The notes beneath the pieces were generated by a model that saw only the letters and a program-made list of their open reading frames with translations, searched no databases and had not been told where the DNA came from. A stretch of 64,000 nt of DNA from Squalus acanthias (taxonomy: Eukaryota): positions 134,728,001-134,792,000 of the forward strand of contig CM059431.1 of the NCBI GenBank assembly GCA_030390025.1. Reading direction: 5' to 3'. Position 1 is the stretch's first letter; each line of letters begins with the position of its first letter. The position numbers and the translations under genes are program-made. Below, in pieces: positions 52,121 to 64,000 of this stretch.

Positions 52121-52828
52121 GGAGGGAGTCAGAGCATGCAGGGAGGTTCTCTTTCCTTCCCTTGGGTGAAAGAGACCTCCCCAGGAGACCAACACAGCCT
52201 GGTTGCAGATTGCAGAGGAGGTCACAAGCAGGGATGTGGTCAGGAGGACCCAGGTGCAGTGCCGCAAACGTTTCAATTATCTCATTAGATCAGGAAACGT
52301 TAGTACAAAGCCATACTCAACTGCATCCTGCTGTGCCTCTCATCACATCCCCATCACTCTTCCTTCCCTACCCTACCCCTGCACATCCTTACTCACACCA
52401 ACATACTTTGCATGTCCACCCATCCCTCTCTATCTACATTATCACATCCCCATCTCACTAGCCACCCCTCACACTCACCCTCATCCTAGTGCAATCAGAC
52501 CAACTAACAACACACAAGGGTAGCCACTTGGGTGCTTTATCCAATGTTTATGTAAAGTTTCTGTTAATGTGGTGTCAAACATTAAAATCTTTATTTTCAA
52601 CACTTTCCGGTCTTGGACAGATTTGTGTGCACCTTTGGAAGTGGCTTAGTGAGTTGCAGTGAATGGTGAGACATAACGGTACCCCCCGCAATGGGGATGA
52701 GTGTGAAAGGAATGGCTTGGTCATTGTAGGAATGCTTTATGGTGTTGGTGTGGGATGATGCCAATCTGGCGCATCATGTGGCAGCCATATGGGTGTACAG
52801 CGTAAAGTTAACTAAATCTGGCCACGAT
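52121..52828 (+). mobile_element. Left part of a decayed Myb-only Harbinger
   Basis: QIAEEVTSRDVVRRTQVQCRKRFNYLIRSG on plus. Transposase stop region IVARFS* on minus at about 52808-52828. Confidence 0.72.
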
Positions 52829-55800
52829 GGGAACTTGGGAAAATAAAATGGACAGAAAATATTGGCAAACAATGACGTAGAACAGCAATGGGAAACATTT
52901 AAAACTGTGTTTAACAGAGTCCAGGAAAAATATATTCCGCTAAAAAACATGAACAAGCTAAACACTAATAAGAACATAAGAAATAGGAGCAAGAGTAGGC
53001 CATATGGCCCCTCGAGCTTCAATAAGATCATGGCAGATCATCAACCTCAACTCCACTTTTCTGCCTGATCTCCATATCCCTTGATTCCCCTAGAGTCCAA
53101 AAATCTATCTATCTCAGCCTTGAATATACTCAACGACTCAGCATTCACAGCCCTCTGGGGCAGAGAATTCCAAAGATTCACAACCCTCTGAGTGAAGAAA
53201 TTCCTCCTCATCTCAGTCTTAAATGGCCTACCACTTATCCTGAGACTGTGCCCCCGAGTTCTAGACACTTCAGCCAGGGGTACAAAATCTCAGCATCTAC
53301 CCTGTCAATCCCCTTCAGAATCTTGTATGAGACACCATGGATGAATAAAGCCATAAGGGAAAAATTGACGGTAAGTAAAGAGGCATACATTAAGTACATG
53401 GACAATAGGGGACAGCATGTTGAGGGAAAATATGAAGAGATTAGGAAAGAAGTCAAAAAAACAATTAGGAAGGCAAAGAGGAACTATGAAATTAAATTAT
53501 CAAGGAACATAAAACAAAATAGTAAAATATTTTACAGGCACATCAATAAAAAAAGGAAGGTCGGGATGAGAATAGGGCCACTAAGGGATGGAAAGGATAA
53601 TACCACAGGCAGTGATAGAGAGACAGCAGAAATATTAAATAATTACTTTGCCTCAGTATTTACCAGAGATAGAACATTGGATCATGAGATTAGTAATGAA
53701 ATAACTGCATTTAAAATAAAAATAGGAGATATATTAAATAAACTAATCAAACTCAAGGAGGAGAAAACCCCTGGTCATAAGAACATAAGAAATATGAGCA
53801 GGAGTAGGCCATTTGGCCCTTCGAGCCTGCTCCGCCATTCAATAAGATCATGGCTGATCTTCTACCTCATCTCCACTTTCCTGCACTATCTCCATATCCC
53901 TTGATTCCCTTAACATTCAAAAATCTATCGGTCTCTGTCGCTGGGCCAAAATCCTGGAACTCCCTACCTAACAGCACTGTGGGAGTACCTTCACCACACG
54001 GACTGCAGCGGTTCAAGAAGGAGGCTCACCACCACCTTCTCAAGGGCAATTAGGGATGGGCAATAAATGCTGGCCTTGCCAACGATGCACACATCCCATA
54101 AGAACGAATTAAAAAAATGATCACTGGAATACCCTTGTAATTGCGCCTCTAATTTCTTGCTTTATACTCTGCCCTACATTACAACTACTGTTTGGGGGTC
54201 TATAAACAACTCCTACCAATGTTTTCTGCCCCTTGCTGTTTCTTAGCTCCACCCAAACTGATTCTACTTCTTGATTTTCGGAGCTAAGATCCTTTCTCTC
54301 TACTGTCTTTATCCCATCCTTTATTATCAGGGCTGCCCCATCTCCATTTCATTTTGCCTACCTGTTTTAAAAGTTAAGTAGCCTGGAATATTTAGTTCCC
54401 AACCTTGGCCACTTTGCAACCACGTCTCCGTAATGTCTATTAGATCAAACCTGTTCATTTCTATCTGCGCTATTAATTCATCTATTTTGTTGCGAATGCT
54501 TCGCGCATTCAGATATAATGCCTTTAACTTTGACTTATTTCTATTTTTCACTGATGTCACCTTCGTCACGAATGTTACTCTCTTTGTCCCTTCCTGACCC
54601 ACTCTGCTTATTCTTACCCAAAACTCTACTCTGCTCTAGAGCCTTAACATTTCTCTCGCTGCTTTTAAATTTACTCTTTCCTGAATCCTCCTACCACCCC
54701 CCCTTCATTAGTTTAAAGCCCTGTCTACTGTCCTAGTTATTCGGTTCGCTAGGACACTGGTCCCAGCCCGGTTTAAGAGGAGCCCGTCCCAACAGAACAG
54801 CTCCCTCTTTCCTCAGTACTGGTGCCAGTGCCCCATGAATTGAAACCCCTTCCTCCCACACCACTCTTTGAACCACGCATTTAAACCTCTAATCTGTTTG
54901 TCCCTATGCCAATTTGCACGTGGCTCAGGTAACAATCCAGAGATTATTACCTTTGAGGTTCTGCTTTTCAATTTGGATCCTAGCTCCTCAAACTCCCTCA
55001 GCAGAACCTCATTCCTAGTACTACCTATGTCGTTGGTTCCCACGTGGACCACGACAACTGGATCCTCCCCCTCCCACTCCAAGTTCTTCTCCAGCCGCGA
55101 GGAGATGTCTTTATCCCTGGCAGGCAACACAACCTTCGGAACTCTCGGTCGCGGATGCAGAGAACAGACTATACTGTCCCCGACCACAACTACATTCCCT
55201 TTCACTCCCCCCACTTGAATGGCCTCTTGCAGCATGATGGCATGGTCAGCTTGCTCATCCATCCTGCAGGCTTTTCCCTCATCCACACAGGCAGCAAGAA
55301 CCTCATACCTGTTGGACAAGGGCAAAGGCTGAGGCTCCTCCAGCACTGCACCTGGGGTCCCCTTACCTGCCTGAGTTGCAGTCACACCATCCTGTCCCTG
55401 ACCACTAACCAGATCTGTACCATTACCTAACCTAAGGGGTGTGACTGCCTCCTGGATCAAAATGTCCAGGTAACTCTCCCCCTCCCTGATGCCCCGCAAT
55501 TTCTGCACCTCAGACTCCAGCTCAAAAACTCTGAGCTGAAGTTCCTCAAGATGCAGGCACTTACTGCAAACGTGGTTGTAGTCCAGATGGATTACATCCA
55601 CGCATTTTAAAAGACTCTAGGGAAGAGATAGCAGAGGCATTACTACGCATATTTAATAATTCATTATAAAAATGAATAGAAAGTACTAGAGGACTGGTGG
55701 ATAGCTAACATAATACCTATATTTAAGAAGGGAGATAGAACATATCTAGGCAACTATAGACCAGTCAGCTTAACATCGGTGGTAGGAAAAATAATGGAAT

Positions 55801-56535
55801 CCCTACTAAAGGGGAAAATGGAAGAACATCTAGAAGCCAAAAATATAACAATGAATAATCAGCATGGATTTCAAAAGGGAAAGTCTTGCTTGACCAACCT
55901 CATTGAATTTTTTGAAGAGCTAACAGTAATTTATCTAGATTTTCAAAAGGCCTTCGATAAAGTACCGCATAATAGACTAATGAATAAGGAGTCAGGGGAC
56001 AAGTAGCAGAATGGATAGCTAGTTGGCTTCAAGACAGAAAGCAGATAGTAAAGGGTAGCTATTCAGAGTGGCAGAAGGTAGGTAGTGGTGTTCCACAAGG
56101 ATCAGTGACCACTGTTGTTCACAATTTATATTAACGATTTAGACTTTGGAATCAAAAACACAATTTCTAAATTTGCGGATGACACCAAATTGGGAGGGAT
56201 AGTTAATACTGAGGAGGACTGCAACAAATTACAGGAAGACATTAATAAACTTGCAGAATGAGATATAATTGGCAAATGAAATTCAACAGATAAGTGTGAG
56301 GTATTACATTTTGGTAGGAAGAATAGTGAGGTCACTTATTACATGGAGGGTGCGAGTCTGGGTGGGGTAGACGAGCAAAGGGAGTACAAATATACAAATC
56401 ACTAAAAGTAGCGACACAAGTTAACAAGGCCATAAAACAGCAAACTAGGCACTAGGGTTTATTTCTAGACGGATAGAATTGAAAAGTAGTGAAGTTATGC
56501 TAAACTTGTATCGAACCTTGGTTAGACCACACTTG
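52829..56535 (+). mobile_element. CR1 ORF2 remnant with nested LINE fragments (minus 3' ends at about 52969-53328 and 53777-53935, plus tail at about 53935-54118, minus ORF1/endonuclease at about 54118-55590)
   Basis: Plus-strand ORF2 pieces (EQQWETFK, PWMNK..., NYFASVFT, YLDFQKAFDKV) in correct order around the inserts. Minus ORF 54813-55601 is a CR1 ORF1. Confidence 0.82.
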
Positions 56536-56893
56536 GGGGGAAAAATTAGGTCGCGCCCCGTTTGGGGCGCAAATATCGTCTGGACGCAAAAATTAGCACC
56601 TGGCGCTAATTATCGCCACTGACTGGAAACTTCACTTTTACCGCCCCGGGAGGTGAGTGGAGCGCTAAATCAGGCGCTGCACACCTGTCTTAAGGCGCAA
56701 AGGCCGAGCAGTGAGGCGCTAACTCAGCGCACGAGCGCAGCGCAGGTGCTGCCAGTTAGCGAGGGAACACAGACACACTGGCGCCGGCCAGTTCTTAAAG
56801 CGGGGGGGCCAACTTGCTCCCCAGCCACACCCTGCTCATTGCAGCCTTGAATCTCGGCCTGGAGAGACCTGTGAATCCATTTTGCTGCCAAGG

Positions 56894-58699
56894 ATGGAGA
56901 GGGTGAGAGAAGGAGCTCAGCGCTTCACCGAGCGGGCCTTGGATGCTCTGGTTGGCGCGGTGGAGCGCAGAAGATCTATACTCTTCCCTGAGAGTGGCAG
57001 GAGGCCTTTGCCACGCGAGTACAGAAGAGTGTGGAGGGAGGTGGCTCAGAGCGTCTCCTCCAGGAGCATGGTGCCCAGGACCCATGTTCAATGCCGCAAA
57101 AAGTTCAACGACCTCACTCGGGTCGTCAGGGTGAGTGGCTTTTTCTCAATACCTCTCCATCCCTCCATCTCAACCTCACTCTATGGCCAGAGGGTCTTAA
57201 AACCCCAATGCACAACACTCATCCAACACCTATGGCCCTTTCATGAAACACACACACACATTCCACACTTTGCATACAGTAAGGGCTATTCACCTATGGG
57301 AGGTACATCAGGCAAGACCATGGCTGCATACAGTAAGGGCTATTCACCTATGGGAGGCACATCAGGCAAGACCATGGCTGTATATTTACTCAGATGCTGT
57401 CCTTTTTCTTGCAGGCCAAGCTGGCGCATAATAGGAGACAGCAGCAACGGACAGGTGGAGGGCGGCCTCAGCGATCTTGAGGAGCGCGTCCACAGGATTG
57501 TGGCAAGCCGGGTGATCGGTCCCGTCGCCACTGGAGACGCCGACCCCGTTCTGGACAGCAATGGTAAGGTCATCACCTTTTTGTCCTCTGTCCTTTTACT
57601 TGTCCCTCACAACACCAGCCTTTGACACTTTCAATCCAACTTGCTAACTCGCTGCACTTATTCCTCCCTTACTGCCACCCTGTCCTCACGCTAAAGCCAC
57701 TCTTGTACCTCCCTGCTTTCAGATGGTGATTCACCAGCTGAGGAGACGGGCCCTGAAGCTGCCACTGGGAGTGAAGCTGCAGCCGAGGAGGAAGAGGAAG
57801 CCGGAGCATCAGTGCCACCCTCTCCCGAGGAAGCCCATGCCCACACTGGGAACACGCCTTCCCTGGAGGGGAGCAGGGGGGAAGGGTCTGATGAGGGTGA
57901 AGCTCCAGGACCCAGCGGGCTGCAGCAACGCCATGGGGGTAGGGAAGAACGGGGGCCTTCTCCCCAGAGGGAGAGTATGCCAGCGACTCCTACTGCAATG
58001 GACGCAGAGGAGGAGCGGCTGATCGCAGAAATGAACACCCAGGCGGTGGGCATGCACACTGAGCTCATGGGTGCAGTGGGAAGGGTGCCCGAATGCATTG
58101 AGTCACTGGCAAGGAGTGTGGAGCACTTCGCTGTAGCACAGGCGGATGCCACACTAAAGCTTAGTGCTGCAATTCAGTCACTGACTGCCGTGATCCCATC
58201 TCTGACTGCTCTCATGCAGACTCAGATTGAGGCCACGCGAGCACTGACTGCTGCCAACCTCGATGGTTCGTTCACATGTCCCCGGGGCTCTCACCGCGCC
58301 GCAGCAGGCCAGCAATCTGTGCTCCAGCAGATTGCTCCGGATGCTGAAGTGCTGCCCCGTGGGAGTGCCAGTGTGTCGGTCGAGCAGGAAGTTGCTGTCC
58401 TCTCTCACGATGACAGCATTCCTGCTGCCAACACTGTCACTTCTCCACTGCACTTGCCACCGCCTGTAGGACAGACTGCTGCCGCCCATGCAGAGTTGGT
58501 GCAGTCTGCAGCCGGGCCCTCCAGGCCCAGAACTGGTCGAGGCCGTCCTTCAGGGGCATCTGCAGTGTCAGGGTCTGACAATCTGCAGCCTTCCACCAGC
58601 CTTGCTGCAGCCACTGAGGTCCCATTACGGAGGAGCAGTAGGGTTAGAAGGGGGGAAGTGCGCAAGGGAAGGAAATCACCCTCAAAGGGCAAAAAGTAG
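56894..58699 (+). pseudogene. Harbinger Myb/SANT-like gene, exons 56894-57130, 57415-57563 and 57723-58699, frameshifted in exon 2
   Basis: Canonical splice sites. Exon 2 lacks about 14 nt relative to the copy at 935, giving TGA at 57478. Confidence 0.85.
57271..57380. repeat. 54-bp tandem duplication in Myb intron 1
   Basis: tgcatacagtaagggc... starts at both 57271 and 57325. Confidence 0.92.
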
Positions 58700-59011
58700 G
58701 AGGTGTGACAAAATGCTGGTAATTTTTTTATTAAAGGCCGAGGTTCGTGGTCCAACTTTTGTCTAGTGTTTTGGACATTATCTCCAGGTTGTGAGAACCA
58801 GTTATGTTAATGACTGTTTTTTTGTGTTTATTTCTATGAGTTTGTCATGAGGAAATGACACACACAGAGTTTGTAAAATAAATAAGTTTTTGTATTCAAA
58901 ATATATATGTTTGGTGTTTGGAATCATTGGTGCCTTGGCCGGCTTAGGGGTTGCGTGCTGCGTTCATTGATGTTGTTAGCAATGGCAGAAGCCATTTCCA
59001 CAGCAGGGGCC

Positions 59012-60163
59012 CTAGAAGCGGCTTGCTATCAGCCGTTGACGGACGGCCCTTGCAGTTTCACCATTGTGGGCCGCCCTCCCGCCTTGTTGCTGCTGATGAT
59101 CATCCTCCTCGTCCTCTTCCTCCTCCTCCTCTGGTGGTGCTCCAAGGCCTGGTGGCATTGGCTGGGTCCTGACGATTGCCATGTTATGCAACATGCAGCA
59201 CACAACTACGAAGTTGGATACTCGCTCAGGCGAGTACTGCAGGGCTCCTCCAGAATGGTCGAGACAGCGGAACCGTTGCTTCAGCACGCCGATTGTGCGC
59301 TCAATGATGTTCCTGGTAGCTTGATGGCTCTCGTTGTACCGCAGCTCAGCAGGGGTGTTGGGCATATTGAGCGGTGTCATCAGCCAGGTGCTCAATGGAT
59401 ACCCCTTGTCCCCGAGAAGCCAACCAACTGGCTGATGCGGTGCCTCGAAAAGTTCTGCCACAGTAGTCTGGCGCAGGATGAAAGCATCGTGGCAGCTGCC
59501 AGGATAGTGGGCATTGACAGCGAGTATCAGCTGTCTGTGGTCACAGACCAACTGAACATTCAAGGAATGGAACCCCTTTCTGTTCCGGAATTCCTCGGCA
59601 TTCTCATGTGGAGCACGCAAAGCCACATGCGTGCAGTCAATGGCGCCCTGCACCATGGGGAAGCCCGCTATCCTCGCAAAGCCCAGAGCGCGGTCACGCT
59701 GCTTGTCTGGGGTCATGGGGAAAGAGATGAACTCTCGTCTCCTTTTAAAGAGGGCATTTGTGACCTGCCGGATGCAGCAATGCACCGCGAACTGGGAGAT
59801 ATTGGCGAGGTCCCCAGCAGCAGCTTGAAATGAGCCAGTAGCATAGAAGTTGAGAGCCACTGTGACCTTCACTGCCACCGACAGAGACGTCCTGGACCTC
59901 AGTTGAGGCTGCAGATCTGGCTGCAGCAGGTGGCAGAGCTCAGTGACCACCTCCTTGCTGAATCGCAGCCTTCGCAAACACAGCTCCTCAGACAAATGAA
60001 TGTAGGAGAGCTGTTCACGATATACCCTGGGAGGGTAAGCTCTCCTGCACAGACGCCTGTTGGCCCTCCTCCGTCTGGCCATCATTGCCACTCTCTCTCT
60101 GCGTCTCTGTGTCCTCCGATTCAGCTGGAGCAGGACGACACCCCCATTCAGTGCAGCCCCCAT
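59012..60163 (-). CDS. Intact Harbinger DDE transposase, 383 aa (HARBI1-like)
   Basis: ATG at 60163 and an uninterrupted frame. Contains an HTH region ([16 protein letters not shown]), GAIDCTH, HDA, LLGDKGY and RNIIERTIG. Confidence 0.93.
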   Translation of the reverse strand: MGAALNGGVVLLQLNRRTQRRRERVAMMARRRRANRRLCRRAYPPRVYREQLSYIHLSEELCLRRLRFSKEVVTELCHLLQPDLQPQLRSRTSLSVAVKVTVALNFYATGSFQAAAGDLANISQFAVHCCIRQVTNALFKRRREFISFPMTPDKQRDRALGFARIAGFPMVQGAIDCTHVALRAPHENAEEFRNRKGFHSLNVQLVCDHRQLILAVNAHYPGSCHDAFILRQTTVAELFEAPHQPVGWLLGDKGYPLSTWLMTPLNMPNTPAELRYNESHQATRNIIERTIGVLKQRFRCLDHSGGALQYSPERVSNFVVVCCMLHNMAIVRTQPMPPGLGAPPEEEEEEDEEDDHQQQQGGRAAHNGETARAVRQRLIASRF

Positions 60164-60678
60164 AGTCTCTTTGCAAGCAAAGTTATGAAGGACAGCAACC
60201 AAAGTACCAGCGAAGTTAGGATCAGAAGGCAAAACTACCTCACAAAGCGTTGACTCAATGCAGAAGTCTCTCTTTCTCTCTCTCCGAATCTCTCTCTCTC
60301 TCTCAGAACGAGTGGTGCAAAAATGTCAACCACAGAAAAAGACAGGAAGAGGCCCCCTTTAAATAGCGCCCCCCCCCCCCAGCCCCACAGCGATTGATAG
60401 CGTTCCAGTCTTCTGGTCGTTGGATGCGCCAGGCGGTAAGGCAGGGGGCGCCACTCAATTTCCGCTCCGGGGCGCCACAAGGGCGTTGCACCATGGAATG
60501 ACGTCACAATCTGCGTGCGCAGGTGGTCGCAGCGGTAAAGTTTAGCGCCGCCGCTAAATGTCCAGTTAAGTTCCCGAGCGGCGCAAACATCACTGCGCCC
60601 AGGCGCTAGCTGCTTTGCGCCCCATTAGCGCCCTCTTAAGGCGCTAACGGGAGGCGCAACCAACTGAATTTTTCCCCC

Positions 60679-61242
60679 TTGGAGTACTGCGTACAATTCT
60701 GGTCGCCATATTATAAAAAGGATATAGAGGCGCGGGAGAGGGTGCAGAGAAGATTTACAAGGATGATACCAGAAATGCAAAGGTATACCTGTCAGGAAAA
60801 GATGAACAGGCTGGGTCTCTTTTTGATTGAAAAAAGAAGGCTGAGGGGTGACCTAATTGAAGTCTTTAAAATTATGAAAGGTTTTGACAGAGTAGATACA
60901 GAGAAAGTGTTTCCACTTGTGGGGAAGAGCATAACTAGAGGTCATCAATATAAGATAGTCACCAAGAAATCAAATATGGAATTCAGAAGAAACTTCTTTA
61001 CCCAAAGAGTGGTGAGAATTTGGAACTCGCTACCACAGGGAATAGTTGAGGCAAATAGTATAGGTGCATTTAAGGGGAGGCTAGATAAGCATATGAGGGA
61101 GGGAGAAGGAAATAGAGGGTTATGTTGATAGAATTAGATGAGGAAAGACGGGAGGAGGCTCGAGTGGAGCATAATCGCCGGCATGGACTGGTTGCGCCGA
61201 ATGGCCTGTTTCTGTGCTGTATATCCTATATAGACCTATGTA
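60679..61242 (+). mobile_element. 3' end of the CR1 interrupted by the Harbinger
   Basis: LEYCVQFWSPYY... plus 3' UTR and tail. Confidence 0.9.
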
Positions 61243-61941
61243 ATCCCTGGCCTTTCGGGCAGCAATGAGCTCAGGTACTGATGCCCTCTGTCCTGTGCAG
61301 CATCAGGTGATTGTGGAGAAGGTTGGTGTTGTTGTTGGTGCTGTTGGTGTGCCTGGTGCTGCTGGTGTTGGGGCTGATCGTGGTCCAATTCTGAGGACGA
61401 AGATGCGACAGTATAAACGGCACCACTGTTGATGGAATAGATGGCAGGTGAAGTACAGATGACAGAAACATTCTGTCAATGGTGATCGAGTTCTTCCAAT
61501 GAGGTGAGACTGGATGGAGACTTTGCTGGAAAGACTTGCAGCCTGCAGAATCTGTGCTGGGAATGGACTGAGCAACAACTTCTGCCTGAGGAAAGTGATG
61601 ATCTGTCAGGTGGGAGCTTTTACTGTACATTTGATGCTGTCAAGCAATGGCCACGGAACTCCCGCCTCAGGTTGACAGACGTGGATCCCGAGCTGCGTGA
61701 ATCCCATGGGCATTCAGGGAATTTAAAAAGTAAGTGAAAAAAGATCTAAAATGCCTGTAAACTACCTGATAATGATTTCAATTGGGTCTGGTCGGGTCGG
61801 ATCCGCGATGACAGACGCGCCTGGGGGAAAGGCGCGTGGGGGCGGGATGATGGTGGGTTCCCGAACCGTTGTCAAAAATAACAACTTCCCCACCCGACCT
61901 GCCACCGATCGCGCCTGCTACCACCCCGGAAAATTCCAGCC
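61243..61941 (+). mobile_element. Right part of the Myb-only Harbinger begun at 52121
   Basis: Aligns with 49727-49925 (Q/H-rich stub). Ends in TIR-like gaaaattccagcc. Confidence 0.7.
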
Positions 61942-62767
61942 TTAGAGTTTATCCCATTGATCTGATGTGCTGCTGCCAGGCTTTGATATCAACTCTTCAT
62001 CCGATGTGTTCTGAAAAAGGCACCTAAAGGCAGCTTATTCTAATTTGCTATTAAAAGTGCTGCAAGCATTGAGTGATGTTTTAGCAGACTCTTTTCAAGT
62101 TTCTGAAACAATAAACACATAAACTGTAATATAGTATTTACCAAACACTGAAAAGGCTAAGTACTGAAGTTTGTGTTGGTGACTTTGGAACACAAGTAAT
62201 AACAAAAGAACCCAGCATACTTCATTTTTAATAGTCTCAATAGTTTGGGGGAGCTTGAGTATTACCTTCTGATGGTGCAAAAATCAAGTCAATTACAACG
62301 CTTAACTACTTTATTCTAATATTTCAATATTTAATATATAATTCCAGAATAAATTATTGGTTTCAAACGGTAGGCTTCACGATGTGGGAAAATGCACCAA
62401 AACATTTTATAAATCGAAGTCTCATGAGGAGGCATGCTCCCAGACCACCAAACAAGTTTTGTATTATTTCTCTCTTCAAAAATTCTAAATTCGCCACTGG
62501 ACAAATTGTATTTTTGTATACTTTTGGTTTTTTCCCTCCCTTTCATATGACTGATGGAATATTGAACATAGTTGTATCTTAGGCCATGATAAATTTATGT
62601 CCCACGACACGCCCATTATAACAATGACTAATACTGCGTTTGATTACAGGCTTACCACAGGCCAATGAGAAGTCATGGAAATTAACATACACAATTTTTT
62701 TTCAACTGTAGGGTTCTTGATAAATTGATAAATTGCAATACCATGAACCCAGATGAATGGAAGCAAT

Positions 62768-63517
62768 GGCCCAGTATTGCTGGAAAAATAATGGCGAGTT
62801 CAGTGTGCACAAGCAACGAAAAAAGTGCGTTATAAGTGCATAAAAAGCCCAGCAATTTGTGGTGAGGAAGAGATACACCGTGAGTTGTAACTCGCCACAA
62901 ATTGCGCTGGTCCACTGTTAGCCTTGCGAAAACAAGAGCTCGCCGTCTACCTCCCCACAATTGTCAAGAAATTGCTGGATTTGCGCCGTAAATACGAATT
63001 AAACGTGCCACAGAAATTTAGGGCTGCTATTTCACAACATAAGGACCCTGTTAATGGGGTGATTTATGGCCCTGACATGCCACTCACCTTTGGTCGCCTA
63101 GAAAGGGAACAATTAAAACTATGTCGTCTCACTCCTGCAGCTAGTAAATGATCGTAGTAGTTTTTTAAATTTAAAATTTAAAATATTTCAATTTTTTCTT
63201 ACTTTTCCTTTCTGTCTCATTTTTCTCCCTCTCTTAATCCAATCTTTTTTCCTTTTCTTTATTTCTCTTGGTGTATCTGATTTGACTCTAATTCACGCCA
63301 TTTCCTTCTCCGTCGTTTGCTCTGTTTCTTTCAATATCTTTAAATTTAATTAGTTAAGCAGATAGACTATTGGTCCCACCGTTCACCAAGGTCCCAAATA
63401 CCCCACTGACCTCACAATTCAAACATCCACCAATTTACAGCGCTAAAATAATTGGAGCTGAAGCGTGAGGAAAAAAATCCAACTCGCGGCACTCACGGTT
63501 CTGACAAATTTGACTAA
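62768..63517. mobile_element. Possible old MITE
   Basis: CpG-containing block in AT-rich intron with weak inverted ends. Confidence 0.35.
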
Positions 63518-64000
63518 CAATACTTTCCCTATAATTTTTGTTATTATTAAATAACCTCATTGACTTGTTACTCTATGAGTTAACACGGTAAGTGCTGTGA
63601 CTTTACTCCTTCCAATGTGAATTTTACATCAATAAAAATTTAATTTGGTGCAGCAGTGTAATTTGTACAAACAAAAACAAAACACCCCCCCACCCCAAAA
63701 TATTTAAAACGGAACTTTAAAACAACAACACTGAATAAAGAATTTTTTATATATAAAGTCAGCAATAATATAATTAAACATAACGTATCCATTTCCTGAG
63801 TTGCTACCAGATTATATTAAAATGCATTGCAAGTCGTTCAGTCACAGAATGGATCAAAGGTTCACATCCCAACAGTGGCTGACACTTGTGTGATTCAGTT
63901 CATTTGTACTCACACTGCTGTTCTGAATGGCTTGCAGATTTGGGCAAGATGACATGTTGCCCATTTTAATCCACCCCATATTAGATAGCAAATATCTAAC

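Larger units (their letters stand above)
56536..60678 (+). mobile_element. Full-length PIF/Harbinger transposon (family A), 4143 bp
   Basis: Perfect 12-bp TIR GGGGGAAAAATT and TSD TTG/TTG. Removing it restores the CR1 codons LVRPH-L-EYCVQFW. Confidence 0.96.

Noticed and set aside
58907..59833. 308-aa plus-strand ORF
   Set aside because: Antisense shadow of the transposase.
59012..60163. Domesticated HARBI1 or NAIF1/MSANTD host genes
   Set aside because: The ORFs lie between TIRs with a TSD inside a CR1, so they belong to a transposon.
60164..60232. N-terminal extension of the transposase in the ORF track
   Set aside because: It has a non-ATG start. The ATG at 60163 matches the MGA start of the other copy at 3787.
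62262..62290. Minus-strand HQK followed by gtaat as a candidate UGGT exon end
   Set aside because: The upstream peptide does not match UGGT. The true NQK exon is 50634-50694.

Overview
Vertebrate genomic DNA, most likely a cartilaginous fish (shark), inferred from the repeat landscape. The window lies inside a UDP-glucose:glycoprotein glucosyltransferase gene on the minus strand (best match UGGT2). Four phase-consistent coding exons (50634-50694, 35430-35521, 16439-16589, 8497-8616) are separated by large TE-filled introns. The introns hold: (i) a PIF/Harbinger DNA-transposon community, comprising one element with an intact DDE transposase and a frameshifted 3-exon Myb/SANT gene, one decayed copy, two diverged Myb-only elements that share the same transposase-core deletion, and about eight MITEs with 3-bp TSDs; (ii) CR1 LINEs, one near full length with TATA-bearing tandem 5' monomers; (iii) an L2 LINE split by a hAT-like end, a ~5.6 kb GA-rich satellite and a CR1; (iv) Penelope-like remnants carrying minimal type I hammerhead ribozyme motifs, two of which were hit by Harbinger MITEs at the cleavage triplet; (v) SINEs and hAT and Tigger-like MITEs. 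Most long ORF-track entries are artefacts of simple repeats or antisense TE frames. Boundaries of decayed repeats are approximate, and protein comparisons are from memory.
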